DNA from: Macrostomum lignano
Lineage: Eukaryota
DNA: 64,000 nt
Direction of reading: 5' to 3'
Assembly: GCA_002269645.1 (NCBI GenBank)
Contig: NIVC01001626.1
Span: 1 to 64,000, forward strand
Part shown: piece after piece, positions 41,091 to 52,899 of the stretch
How positions within the stretch are numbered: the first letter of the stretch is position 1
Layout: each line of letters starts with the position of its first letter
The notes under the pieces: model-generated
What the model saw: the letters and a program-made list of their open reading frames with translations, nothing else
The model's database searches: none
Told to the model about the DNA's origin: nothing
Program-made: the position numbers and the translations under genes

Positions 41091-41395
41091 CTAGAAGCGA
41101 CAGGTGCCAAGGCAGCGGGGAGTCCATGGGAGCATCGGGGAAGGGAGATCGAGAAGGGAGGGGAGAATGTTCTGGGAGGGGAAGGGGCACTGGTCACTGC
41201 CATAGTCCTCGGAATTCTGGGCACCAACTCCAGGTTGGAACAGGGCGATGGGACCAGGTGAACCGGCTGTCCCAGGGCTCACCTAGACCACCCGGAGACC
41301 AAGGCAACTGGGCGCTATAGGGGATGGAAATTACACTCGCAATGGAAGGGGTGGGGATAGATATATTTTTAGATGAATTTTTCGGGGAGGCGTCA

Positions 41396-41440
41396 GCTTA
41401 AGACCGCGGTTTCACCCTTATTGGGGCTCATCAGTTAAGC
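41396..41440 (-). ncRNA. Minimal type I hammerhead ribozyme (Penelope-like-element type)
   Basis: Minus strand GCTTAA-CTGATGA-GCCC-CAATAA-GGGT-GAAA-CCGCGG-TC^TTAAGC. Complete core, 6-bp stem I, 4-bp stem II, palindromic stem III ACCGCGGT, GUC cleavage triplet. Confidence 0.9.
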
Positions 41441-42304
41441 GTAGAATCACACCTTAGGCCCAAGGCCCAATGGAACTTGGAAAGGTTATTTATTATTATT
41501 TAGTCACAGATTCTGACCATTAACGCTGATGATACTACTGAACTGGAGAGTAGAGAAGGAGCGTGTGAAAGTCGGGAGATGGGTAAGGAGATGGAAATTC
41601 GTCGACCGATATGTATCGAAGTAGGAGTAATGCACTACTATTGGAAGGCCAGGGAATCAGCCAGGACTGCACAGCATAGGGCACGAGCGCGGATCCACAA
41701 TGGAGAGCCGGCACAGGCCAGTTTATCATAACTTCGAATATTAGGCTTTTAGTTTCGTTTTAATGATAATTTAGGAATTCTGTCTTAATAATAAAAAATA
41801 GCAGCTTGTTTTAAATAAAGCAAGTGTAAATATCTCACATTACAGATTAGACTTTTGCGTGTATACTTATATAGGGCATTTTAGAGACATTTTAAACAAA
41901 ACTAACCCTTAAAACAGTAAAACAAATTTATTAACTGAAGAAAAAGCTCTGTGATTGAGAAAAAAGAATCGCATTGAACTGCTGACTAGCTGATAGGCTT
42001 TAAGTAGCGCTGAGGAGACTGCTTGCAGTTTGTATTTCGAGAGAAGCGGTTGCTTTTGTTTGAAAATGTTTTAGAAATGCGAAATTCACTGCGATTTGGG
42101 AAACTAAAATTTGGGCTGTTATGAAGCCTAACATAAGGCATTTGGTCGGGTAGATTGCCAACAAGGGTTGTCAGCCCTTTTGAAAGAGTCTTGTCAATAA
42201 ACTTCGACAGACAATGAGTTAGCGGAGGCGATTTGCATCTTTTGGGCTGGAGATGGATAAAGAGCAATAATATAAAGACTAATAAGACTGATGAAGAGAA
42301 ACTG

Positions 42305-43670
42305 ATAAAGAGAGACTGATTCATAGATTGATAAAGAGAGATTGATGGAGAGATTGATCGAGAGAGATTGATCGAGAGAGATTGATCGAGAGAGATTGAT
42401 CACGAGAGATTGGTAGAGAGAGATTGATGGAGAGATTGATAGAGAGAGATTGATCGAGAAGGATTGATGAAGAAATATTGATCGATAGAGATTGATCACG
42501 AGAGATTGGTAGAGAGAGATTGATAGAAAGAGATTGATCGAGAGAGATTGATCACGAGAGAGATTGATCACGAGAGAGATTGATCGAGAGAGATTGATAG
42601 AGAGAGATTGGTAGAGAGAGATTGATCGATAGAGATTGATAGAGAGAGATTGATAGAGAGATTGATAGAGAGAGATTGATAGAGAGATTGATCAAGAGAT
42701 TGATCGAGAGGGATTGATAGAGAGAGATTGATAGAGAGATATTGATGGAAAGAGATTGATAGAGAGAGATTGATGGAAAGAGATTGATAGAGAAATATTG
42801 ATAGAGAGAGATTGATCGAGAGAGATTGATCGAGAGAGATTGATCGAGAGAGATTGATCGAGAGAGATTGATCGAGAGAGATTGATGGGCGAAGACGAGA
42901 GAGATTGGTAGAGAGAAATTGATAGAGAGAGATTGATAGAGAGAGATTGATCGAAAGAGATTGACAAAGAGAGATTGATAAAGAGATTGATCGAGAGAGA
43001 TTGATCGAGAGAGATTGATCGAGAGAGATTGATCGAGAGAGATTGATCGAGAGAGATTGATCGAGAGAGATTGATCGAGAGAGATTGGTAGAGAGAGATT
43101 GGTAGAGAGAGATTGATAGAGAGAGATTGATAGAGAGAGATTGATAGAGAGATTGATCAAGAGATTGATCGAGAGAGATTGATAGAGAGAGATTGATAGA
43201 GAGAGATTGATAGAGAGAGATTGATAGAGAGATTGATCAAGAGATTGATCGAGAGGGATTGATAGAGAGAGATTGATCGAGAGAGATTGGTAGAGAGAGA
43301 TTGATAGAGAGAGATTGATGGAGAGAGATTGATCGAGAGAGATTGGTAGAGAGAGATTGATAGAGAGAGATTGATGGAGAGAGATTTATCGAGAGAGATT
43401 GATCGAAGATTGATCGCGAGAGATTGGTCGAAAGAGATTGATGGAGAGAGATTGATCGAAAGAGATTGATCGAGAGAGATTGATGGAGAGAGATTGATCG
43501 AGAGAGATTGATAGAGAGAGATTGATCGAGAGAGATTGATAGAGAGAGATTGATAGAGAGAGATTGATCGAGAGAGATTGATAGAGAGAGATTGATAGAG
43601 AGAGATTGATAGAGAGAGATTGGTAGAGAGAGATTGATAGAGAGAGATTGATCGAGAGAGATTGATGGCG
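42305..43670 (+). repeat. Degenerate GA-rich satellite (GAGAGAGATTGATC/A)
   Basis: Visible directly. Confidence 0.95.
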
Positions 43671-43710
43671 AGCGATCAGCCAGTCACGTCAGTCCGTCAC
43701 TGTCAGGGCG

Positions 43711-45428
43711 TCACGGGCAGACGCAGTTGGTCTTGCCGGCCTCCCTATTGGCGAAGATGAGCTCCTCCAGCTGCTGGGTCACGGAGTCCACGTAGCGGAT
43801 TCCCCTCGGCCGGCCCTTGCGCAGCGGCCCGGCATAGTAGGGCCGCCACGGGCTGAGGAAGGCGCTGCCGTCGCCTCTGGTGAACTTGGACAGCACCACC
43901 TTGTTGTGCGACTTCAGGTACTCAACAAGTGGCACGAAGCCGCCGCCCACACGGACCATGACAGCGTGGGAGCACTCGCCGCCTGGACTGCCCGCGCCGC
44001 TCTCTCCTAGGAGAAACCGCTTGCCGCGGGGCCGGCAGCGCCCGATGGTGGCCATGCGGCCGTTGCGGAATCGGGCCTTCTGGGCGTTGGCGATCTCCTG
44101 AAAGTTAATATTGATGTGCAGAAAGAGTTTTTATACTTGCTTTGCTACTTACTGTGCAGGGCGAGCGGTAGTGCTGTGCGAATATTGCGTCCGATTTCTT
44201 AGCAACATCAGTTCCATTCTCGAACATAAGAATTCGCTGAATTTTTCAATGCTTAATTTCTCAATACTCAACTCTGGAACGAATGCTCTGAATGATGGCT
44301 CCCGCCTGACTCCTGTCTGACTACTTTCTGACTCCTGTCTGACTCCTGTCTGACTCCCATCTGACTCCTGCCTGACTCCTGTCTGACTCCTGTCTGACTC
44401 CTGCCTGACTCCTGTCTGACTCCTGTCTGACTCCTGTCTGACTCCTGTCTGACTCCTGTCTGACTCCTGTCTGACTCCTGTCTGACTCCTGTCTGACTCC
44501 TGTCTGACTCCTGTCTGACTCCTGTCTGACTCCTGTCTGACTCCTGTCTGACTCCTGTCTGACTCCTGTCTGACTCCTGTCTGACTCCTGTCTGACTCCT
44601 GTCTGACTCCTGTCTGACTCCTGTCTGACTCCTGTCTGACTCCTGTCTGACTCCTGTCTGACTCCTGTCTGACTCCTGTCTGACTCCTGTCTGACTCCTG
44701 TCTGACTCCTGTCTGACTCCTGTCTGACTCCTGTCTGACTCCTGTCTGACTCCTGTCTGACTCCTGTCTGACTCCTGTCTGACTCCCGCCTGACTCTTGC
44801 CTGACTCCTGCTTGACACCTGACACCTGAAATCTAACTCCTGACTCCTCACATCTAGCCTTGACTCCCAAACCCTGACCCGATCCCCGGGCTACCTTCAG
44901 GCCGTCCACCGCCCGCATGGTCATGACAACCCTGCTGGAGTAGCCGCAGCCCGGGCAGGCGTGCTCAGAGCAGGGGCACAGGCAGCCGCACTTCTTGCAC
45001 TTGCGCTTGTGGCACAGGCAGTAGTCCTGGTGCTTCGGGTACTTCATCCCGGCGCCGCCCTCGCCGCCGCAATCGCCCTCGTCAAAGTCTGCGTCGTCAA
45101 TGGGGCTGCCGGTCTCGACCGTCGGGTCGATGCTGCCCTCCCTGTTGAAGTCGTCAGCCGAGGTGTTGTGCGAGTCCACCAGCGCCTCCATGAGCGCCGC
45201 GTCCGCCATCATGTTGCCGTTGCGGCCGCCGACGCCGTTGCAGCACTTGTTGTTGTTGCGGTGCAGGCTGGCCACGGAGGCCGGGCGGGCCCGGCGGAGG
45301 CTGCTGAGGCGGTCAGCCTTGGCCAGCAGGCGGCGCGACAGCCCGACGGTTTTGCCGGAGGCGCCGTCGGCCGCCAGGATGGCCTCGCACTGCCTGATCT
45401 GCTCGATCATCTCTCGAATGTCTGGCAT
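43711..45428 (-). CDS. GAR (GAS2-related) domain protein, ~306 aa; exons 45428-44895 and 44097-43711
   Basis: HAVMVRVGGGFVPLVEYLKSHN matches the GAR signature VMVRVGGGW..L..YL..H. Phase-0 donor AAG|GTAGCC and acceptor TTTCAG|GAG; high GC3. Confidence 0.8.
44305..44805 (+). repeat. 11-bp tandem repeat (CTGACTCCTGT)n in the GAR-gene intron
   Basis: Visible directly. Confidence 0.96.
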
Positions 45429-45664
45429 TTTCTGCTTCTAAAAGCTGCACTCAGTGGCGGTTGGCTTGCGTTGCAGTAAGGGCAATAATTTCTGGATTGA
45501 AATTCTGTCGTGAAGAAAGGCTTTCAGCTTCCCAAAGCCCCAGCCAGCTCGTGCAAAGCCAGTCTATGGCAGCAACTGGTGAGCTGTTGACAATTTAAAG
45601 AATCGAAGATATATGCATCTATCTTTCTTAGCCGGTGGAAAAATATACACAGCTACTACTCAGG

Positions 45665-45932
45665 CTACAACTCACGACTGAAAGGTCGGGGGTTCGATTC
45701 TCGACCCGAGATTCGATTCTGACCTTGAGAAAGTCACTTAACTCTGCATTGCATGGGTGCCAGCATTATCTGGGGTAATTGAAGGGTGTGTGGCGACCCC
45801 CCAGTCCTTGGACTGAACAGCCGTACGCAGCCTTCAGATGCGCCGCGCAATAGCTGCGGCTGAGCTGTCGGTTGCACATCTGCCCATTAAGGCAGGTGCA
45901 ATCAGTCAGTTATTAGTAGTTAATTATTATAA
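45665..45932 (+). mobile_element. tRNA-head SINE (copy 1) with CORE-like central block
   Basis: B-box GGTTCGATTC at 45691; TGACCTTGAGAAAGTCACTTAAC resembles the CORE motif; ~100-bp 3' part shared with 47335-47440; TTA-rich tail. Confidence 0.75.
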
Positions 45933-46421
45933 TTTACTAGGTCAGACTCAAAACCCCCTCGTTGCCATGGTAGCAACTCTATTTATTCAAGTGAGTCAAG
46001 CCGCCTCTTCAACGGCTCAGCATATTTTTGTTGACAGCTTTAAAAATGGTACTGGGCGCACCCACGTACCCACCCGACGCGGTCAATGGAGAGAGAGGGG
46101 GGGCAGCCAGAGGCAGGGCATTGCTTGTGGCTAACAGCAAAGCAAAGAAAATTGTTATGCCGCAATTTCATCATCATAAGAATGAGCGGCTCTGCGCTAG
46201 CTCAGAGGAGCGCACAGAAGAGAAGTGTAAACACCGCGAGAAGCCCTCAAGGTCAGAGGCAAGCTGCGCAGGATTTTCTCACTCCCCTGAGCTCAGGCTG
46301 AGTCGCTCCGCATTTATTGCGGAGTTTGTTGCTGTTAGCGCAAAGCAGACCCGCGCATTCTGGAGCGCCCGAGTCTATTTGATACAGAAACTTGAAAGCA
46401 AACAGCACTCAAACATTGAGC

Positions 46422-49400
46422 ATGGGAGAGCTGGACGGTCAAACCAAGTGGCTGAAGCTGGCCTTCTTCTTCAGCGTGATCGGCTTCTGCCTGCTGCTGT
46501 ACACCAGCTTCTTCTGGGGCGGCGCGGGCGGCCAGGCCGTGGCGGTGCTGGCCTACCTGTTCTATGTTGCCGCCGTCATCATGGTGTCGGCCTACGTCTT
46601 TGTGGATGAAGCCAAGCAGCTGCCCGTGCTGGTTGCCTTCCTCATCGCCGCGCTCATTGCTGGTGAGCAGCTTTTGTGTGTGCTGAGTGCCTGTGGCCTG
46701 CTGTGAGGGTTGTGGCCTGCTGTGAGGGTTGTGGCCTGCTGTGAGGGTTGTGGCCTGCTCTGAGGGTTGTGGCCTGCTCTGAGGGTTGTGGCCTGCTGTG
46801 AGGGTTGTGGCCTGCTGTGAGGGTTGTGGCCTGCTGTGAGGGTTGTGGCCTGCTGTGAGGGTATGGTCTGCTGTGAGGGTTGTGGCCCGCTGTGAAGGTT
46901 GTGGCCTGCTGTGAGGGTATGGTCTGCTGTGAGGGTTGTGGCCTGCTGTGAGGGTTGTGGCCTGCTGTGAGGGTTGTGGCCTGCTGTGAGGGTTGTGGCC
47001 TGCTGTGAGGGTTGTGGCCTGCTGTGAGGGTTGTGGCCTGCTGTGAGGGTTGTGGCCTGCTGTGAGGGTTGTGGCCTGCTGTGAGGGTTGTGGCCTGCTG
47101 TGAGGGTTGTGGCCTGCTGTGAGGGTTGTGGCCTGCTGTGAGGGTTGTGGCCTGCTGTGAGGGTTGTGGCCTGCTGTGAGGGTTGTGGCCTGCTGTGAAG
47201 GTTGTGGCCTGCTGTGAGGGTTTTTAGCCTACGATTGAAAGGTTGGGGGTTCGATTCTCGGCCCACTCGGAATTATTTGTGTCCTTGCGCATGACACATC
47301 TCTGAAAAAAATGGGTAAAGGGCGTGCGCTCCGCCCCCAGTCCTTGGACTGAACAGCCGTACGCAGACATCAGATGCGCCGCGCAATAGCTGCGGCTGAG
47401 CTGTCGGTTGCATATCCGCCTATTACAGCAAGCAGGTGTAATCAGTTATTATAGTATTATTAGTGCATATAGACTAGGCAATCGGCCCCCTTGAGTTTTA
47501 GCTTGCGCACCCGATCGTACGCAGGGAGAATCTCTGAACACCAAACAAGTTTGAAGATTTCAGTTTTTAATTAAATCTTTCGGCTCACGTGACCCCACAA
47601 AAAACGGTTGAATTAGAACTAGTTCAAATCGCACTTTTACTTAGTCATGAATAAAATTTGAAATCTTGCCCAAAAACAGGAGCAAAGGCAATCCTAAATT
47701 ATTTATATTTGCGCGCATTTCTTACTGCACTTTGAGGTTTGCATATAAAATGGAAAACAATCAAGTTATTAGCTAAGATAAATAAGTTTAGTGACGCTGA
47801 GATAATCAAAGAAGCTAAATTATGGGGAACAGTATTTAAACAAAGCTAAACAAATTTATCAGTCACACAAACACAGATCAAGCCAGTTGTGACTAACAAG
47901 AGCCATTGTCAGGGTAAAAAGTACATTCGAACGCTGCTCGGATAACAAAAGCGTTTTTTTCAAATAGAAATAAAAAAACTGAAGCAGAGAAATGGAGCAA
48001 GTTTTCCACACGGTGAAGCCCTTGCGTCAGGCCCCGCTGGTGCCCCGGATGCAGTAGACCAGCAGCAGGATGCCCGACAGAGCCGAGCAGGTGGCGCCCA
48101 GGCCCGCCCAGCTGGTGGCCGACTGGTTGATGAGCGTCGGCTCCACGAATGCCGCCAGCAGGATGAAGGCCGCTGTTTTGGAGAATGCGACAGTGTGACA
48201 GAGTGACATTGTGACTGTGACAGAGTGACATTGTGACATTGTGACTGTGACAGAGTGACATTGTGACAGAGTGACATTGTGACAAAGGGACATTGTGACA
48301 GAGTGACATTGTGACAGAGTGACATTGTGACAGAGTGACATTGTGACAGAGTGACATTGTGACAGAGTGACATTGTGACAAAGTGACATTGTGACAGAGT
48401 GACATTGTGACAGAGTGACATTGTGACAAAGTGACATTGTGACAAAGTGACATTGTGACAGAGTGACATTGTGACAAAGTGACATTGTGACAAAGTGACA
48501 TTGTAACCGAGTGACAGAGTGACAGAGTGACATTGTGACAGAGTGACATTGTGACAGAGTGACATTGTGACAGAGTGACAGAGTGACAGAGTGACATTGT
48601 GACAGAGTGACATTGTGACAGAGTGACATTATGACAGTGACATTGTGACGGAGTGACTTTGTGACGAAGTGACTTTGTGACGGAGTGACAGCGTGACAGA
48701 GTGACAGAGTGAATCCAGCAACTCTTCCCGTGTTCTCTCACCTGTCACGAAGGCGATGACAAAGCAGACGAATGCCAGAATATTGTAGTTGCTGGCCTCC
48801 TCAACGAACACGTACAGCACGAGGATGACCACCAGCGCGTAGAACAGCAGCAGGGCGATGATGCCGAAGGCCTGGTGCGCCTTGCCCGATGCCGCATAGC
48901 AGAGGCTGCTGGTGAGGAGGCTGGGCGGATCGGAGCAGCCGAGCACAGGAAACTGCAGGTAGCAGACGAAGCCGATGCAGGTGAGAATGACGCTGGCCCG
49001 CAGCAAGGTGTGCTTCTCGGAGAAGGCCGCCATGCTGAGCTCTGCGGAGTCTGCTGGAGGTGGCGGGCGGAGGCCTTAGCGAGACTCAGTTTGCTTCGCA
49101 GAGGCGCATTGAATTCGCTGCCCAAGCCCCCCTTTTGGCAACTCGAGAGAATTTGGCGTGCGAACTCTCTCACACTTCCTGCATTGGTCATGCGAGCCTT
49201 TGCCGGCGGTCCTGGCAGCTCCTTCGGTCTGGCTATGCTAATTTTCCTGCGCCGTTTGACTGCGCACTCAATCGGGCAGTCTTATATAACTGAGAAAGTT
49301 GCAGGACTTTTACATGCTAATTCTGCCCGATGGCGCTGGGACTGAGGACAATGAGTAAAAACATATGCGCAGTTGCTATGCAAACCATTTAATTGCATTT

Positions 49401-50041
49401 GGTCCACGAGATGTCCCCGTTTAGAAAGCCATATACAGAGGGGGCACCAGCTACAGAGGGGGCGCCAGCTACAGAGGGGGCGCCAGCTACAGAGGGGCGC
49501 CAGCTACTTCTATATATTGTCTACAGAATTAGATACTCTAAAGATATTCAGTCAGGCAAGCTCAAGCTCCTAACCGCATTTAGCTCGTACTCACCTCTCA
49601 TGGCTGGCCAATCAGAAAGCGCGGACACCGGAGAGCTGCTTGCCGGATGCAGAACCGAGGGTCCGCCCTGGCCCAGAGCGATCCTCGCACCATTAAATAC
49701 ACTGCTGTATGGGTCGGCCGAAGAGGGAATTATTGGAAATTGGATACCTGCAGGCCTCATCCGAGCCTGCCATGCACGTAGGGATCAATTTGACAATCCT
49801 GACTATGCATGAAGGCTCGATCCCAACCCCAAGCACCTGATCCCTGAGGCATGCTCAAGTACTCGTATATGCGATACATGTGGGTTGCTTAGCCTGTGTG
49901 CATGGACTCTGAGCACGATATTGAGATTGAAACTGTCTGTCTGTCTGTCTGTCTGTCTGTCTGCCTGTCTGTCTGTCTGTCTGTCTGTCTGCCTGTCTGT
50001 CTGTCTGTCTGTCTGTCTGCCTGCCTGCCTGTCTGTCTGCC

Positions 50042-50074
<33 letters not shown>

Positions 50075-50109
50075 GCCTGCCTGCCTGCCTGCCTGCCTGT
50101 CTGTCTGCC

Positions 50110-50146
<37 letters not shown>

Positions 50147-50197
50147 GCCTGCCTGTCTGTCTGTCTGTCTGTCTGTCTGTCTGCCTGTCTGCCTGCC

Positions 50198-50238
<41 letters not shown>

Positions 50239-50241
50239 GCC

Positions 50242-50274
<33 letters not shown>

Positions 50275-50345
50275 GCCTGCCTGCCTGCCTGTCTGTCTGC
50301 CTGTCTGTCTGTCTGTCTGTCTGTCTGCCTGCCTGTCTGTCTGCC

Positions 50346-50386
<41 letters not shown>

Positions 50387-50437
50387 GCCTGCCTGTCTGT
50401 CTGTCTGTCTGTCTGTCTGTCTGCCTGTCTGCCTGCC

Positions 50438-50494
<57 letters not shown>

Positions 50495-50701
50495 GCCTGC
50501 CTGCCTGCCTGCCTGTGTGTCTGTCCAATCGCATCTAACATGTATCTGTCATTCCAACCCCGCTCCGCAGGCATCCTGGTCCTGGTGCAGGTGTTCCTGG
50601 ACCGCAGAAGCCACTACAACACCACCAAGGGCTTCCTGTCCGGCAGCTCGGCCATAGCCGCTGGCGTGATGGCCATTCTCGCCCTGGTCACCGGCGGCTG
50701 A
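46422..50701 (+). CDS. Small 4-TM membrane protein (123 aa; tetraspan/claudin-like topology); exons 46422-46662 and 50571-50701
   Basis: Hydrophobic exon ending LIA-G|GTGAGC (phase 1) joins CCGCAG|GC-ATC (phase 1) in frame to a TGA. Similar to the minus-strand paralog (YVFVDEA vs YVFVEEA) with the same intron position. Confidence 0.72.
46690..47220 (+). repeat. 19-bp minisatellite (GTGGCCTGCTGTGAGGGTT), about 27 copies
   Basis: Visible directly; lies between the 4-TM exon 1 donor and SINE copy 2. Confidence 0.95.
47222..47463 (+). mobile_element. tRNA-head SINE (copy 2)
   Basis: B-box GGTTCGATTC at 47248; GTGTCCTTGCGCATGACAC block; 3' part near-identical to copy 1. Confidence 0.75.
48027..49033 (-). 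CDS. Small 4-TM membrane protein paralog (145 aa); exons 49033-48742 and 48172-48027
   Basis: Four hydrophobic segments; phase-1 donor ACA-G|GTGAGA and acceptor AAACAG|CG; in frame to TGA; high GC3. Confidence 0.82.
48190..48710 (+). repeat. 16-bp minisatellite (GTGACAGAGTGACATT) filling the intron of the minus-strand 4-TM gene
   Basis: Visible directly. Confidence 0.95.
49933..50525 (+). repeat. (TCTG/CCTG)n microsatellite
   Basis: Visible directly. Confidence 0.97.
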
Positions 50702-50869
50702 ATAGGAAACTCCGCATATGCTACTTACAGCAGCTGCTGATGAAATTCTGTCTGAAAATGTGACGAATGAAACACGGAAACTTGTTTCAACTTCTGCTTC
50801 CATTTTTTCTATTATAATTATCCTCTTAATTTATGCTTCCTTAATTAGCAAATAAAAATCTACGTTCCT

Positions 50870-51480
50870 CGTGTATGGACTGCCTGTCCTGTACATGTAT
50901 GGGCTCTCTGTACATGTATGGGCTCTCTGTACATGTATGGGCTCTCTGTACATGTATGGACTCTCTGTACATGTATGGGCTCTCTGTACATGTATGGGCT
51001 CTCTGTACATGTATGGGCTCTCTGTACATGTATGGGCTCTCTGTACATGTATGGACTCTCTGTACATGTATGGGCTCTCTGTACATGTATGGGCTCTCTG
51101 TACATGTATGGGCTCTCTGTACATGTATGGGCTCTCTGTACATGTATGGGCTCTCTGTACATGTATGGGCTCTCTGTACATGTATGGGCTCTCTGTACAT
51201 GTATGGGCTCTCTGTACATGTATGGGCTCTCTGTACATGTATGGGCTCTCTGTACATGTATGGGCTCTCTGTACATGTATGGGCTCTCTGTACATGTATG
51301 GGCTCTCTGTACATGTATGGGCTCTCTGTACATGAATGGGTTCTCTGTACATGTATGGACTCTCTGTACATGTATGGGCTCTCTGTACATGTATGGGCTC
51401 TCTGTACATGTATGGGCTCTCTGTACATGTATGGACTCTCTGTACATGTATGGGCTCTCTGTACATGTATTGACTCTCTA
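50870..51480 (+). repeat. 19-bp minisatellite (GTACATGTATGGGCTCTCT), about 31 copies
   Basis: Visible directly; the unit contains the palindrome TACATGTA. Confidence 0.96.
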
Positions 51481-51616
51481 TACTCGTGTTAGAGAACTGT
51501 CTGACCATAGGGACGCAAAAACTACAATTTGAAGCTAGCAGAACGCATTCAGTTTTAGTCAAAAAAAAATTTTTTAAATGAACATTTTTATGAGCATTTT
51601 ATTGGTTATTTTACAT

Positions 51617-51745
51617 GTAAATCGAAGTCTCAAATGGATGAGATAAAAAATCAGAACTCAGACAGACAGGAAATTAATGAAATCAATATTTTTTTCTGAG
51701 AGATACAACTGCAACTTTTCGGAAATTCGGGATCAAATGACACTC
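51617..51745 (+). mobile_element. Dispersed element attached to a (TCTG)n tract (copy 2)
   Basis: Matches 30221-30330 with about 20 extra nt. Confidence 0.75.
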
Positions 51746-52190
<445 letters not shown>

Positions 52191-52899
52191 GAACTTGGAA
52201 TTTAGGTGGTAGTCACCTCACAGGACTGTTTCAGCCACTATTGTCCGTAATGGGTGATCAGTGACTTGTTAAGAGACTCGCATGCCTTATTTCGGCATGT
52301 TTGTTCTTGAGAGTCGGCTTCTCCTTAAATATCTGGCAGCCAATTTTCCTCATCACTCAGGCGTGCTGTGCATCTGAACTGCGCTGTCCCTGGCCGGCGC
52401 CGGACTCACGGCCGGCCGCGTGAGCAAATTGTTGTTGATGTTTCTCCGCATGGAAGAAAGAAGGGCACCTGAAAACAGACTGTGGGGTACGTGGAGACAC
52501 TATGAGGGTTTTGAGATGGACAGAGAGATTAGATCTAATAGATAGTGAGATTAGACCTAATAGATGGTGAGATTAGACCTATAGACAGAGGGCCCGTTCT
52601 ATGAAGCCATCGTACGATAAAATAGTTCTCAGCTCCAATCTCCGCAGTGTAAAAGTTCCGACAGCTTTTTAGTACGTCCCCACGGAGATTAGATGCGGCA
52701 AGCGCGAAAACCAGTGTAAAGCATTATCTGCAAGCATGGCAGGCGAGCCAGAGGCACACAAAGGAATCTCGGTCACCACGCGTGAGCATGAGATCACAGA
52801 GATTCTGGATACAGAGCTGTGAGATTCTGGATACTTGCAGAACCTGAATGCCACAGTCGCTTAAGCAGTTGCTGTGCAGTGAGTGTCTTAATGGTGAAG

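Noticed and set aside
41525-41550. Second CTGATGA on the plus strand; others at 7359, 24054 and 50737
   Set aside because: No stem II followed by GAAA and no pairing stem I, so these are not hammerheads
45665-47270. tRNA genes at the two GGTTCGATTC motifs
   Set aside because: No acceptor stem or complete cloverleaf; both continue into a shared SINE body
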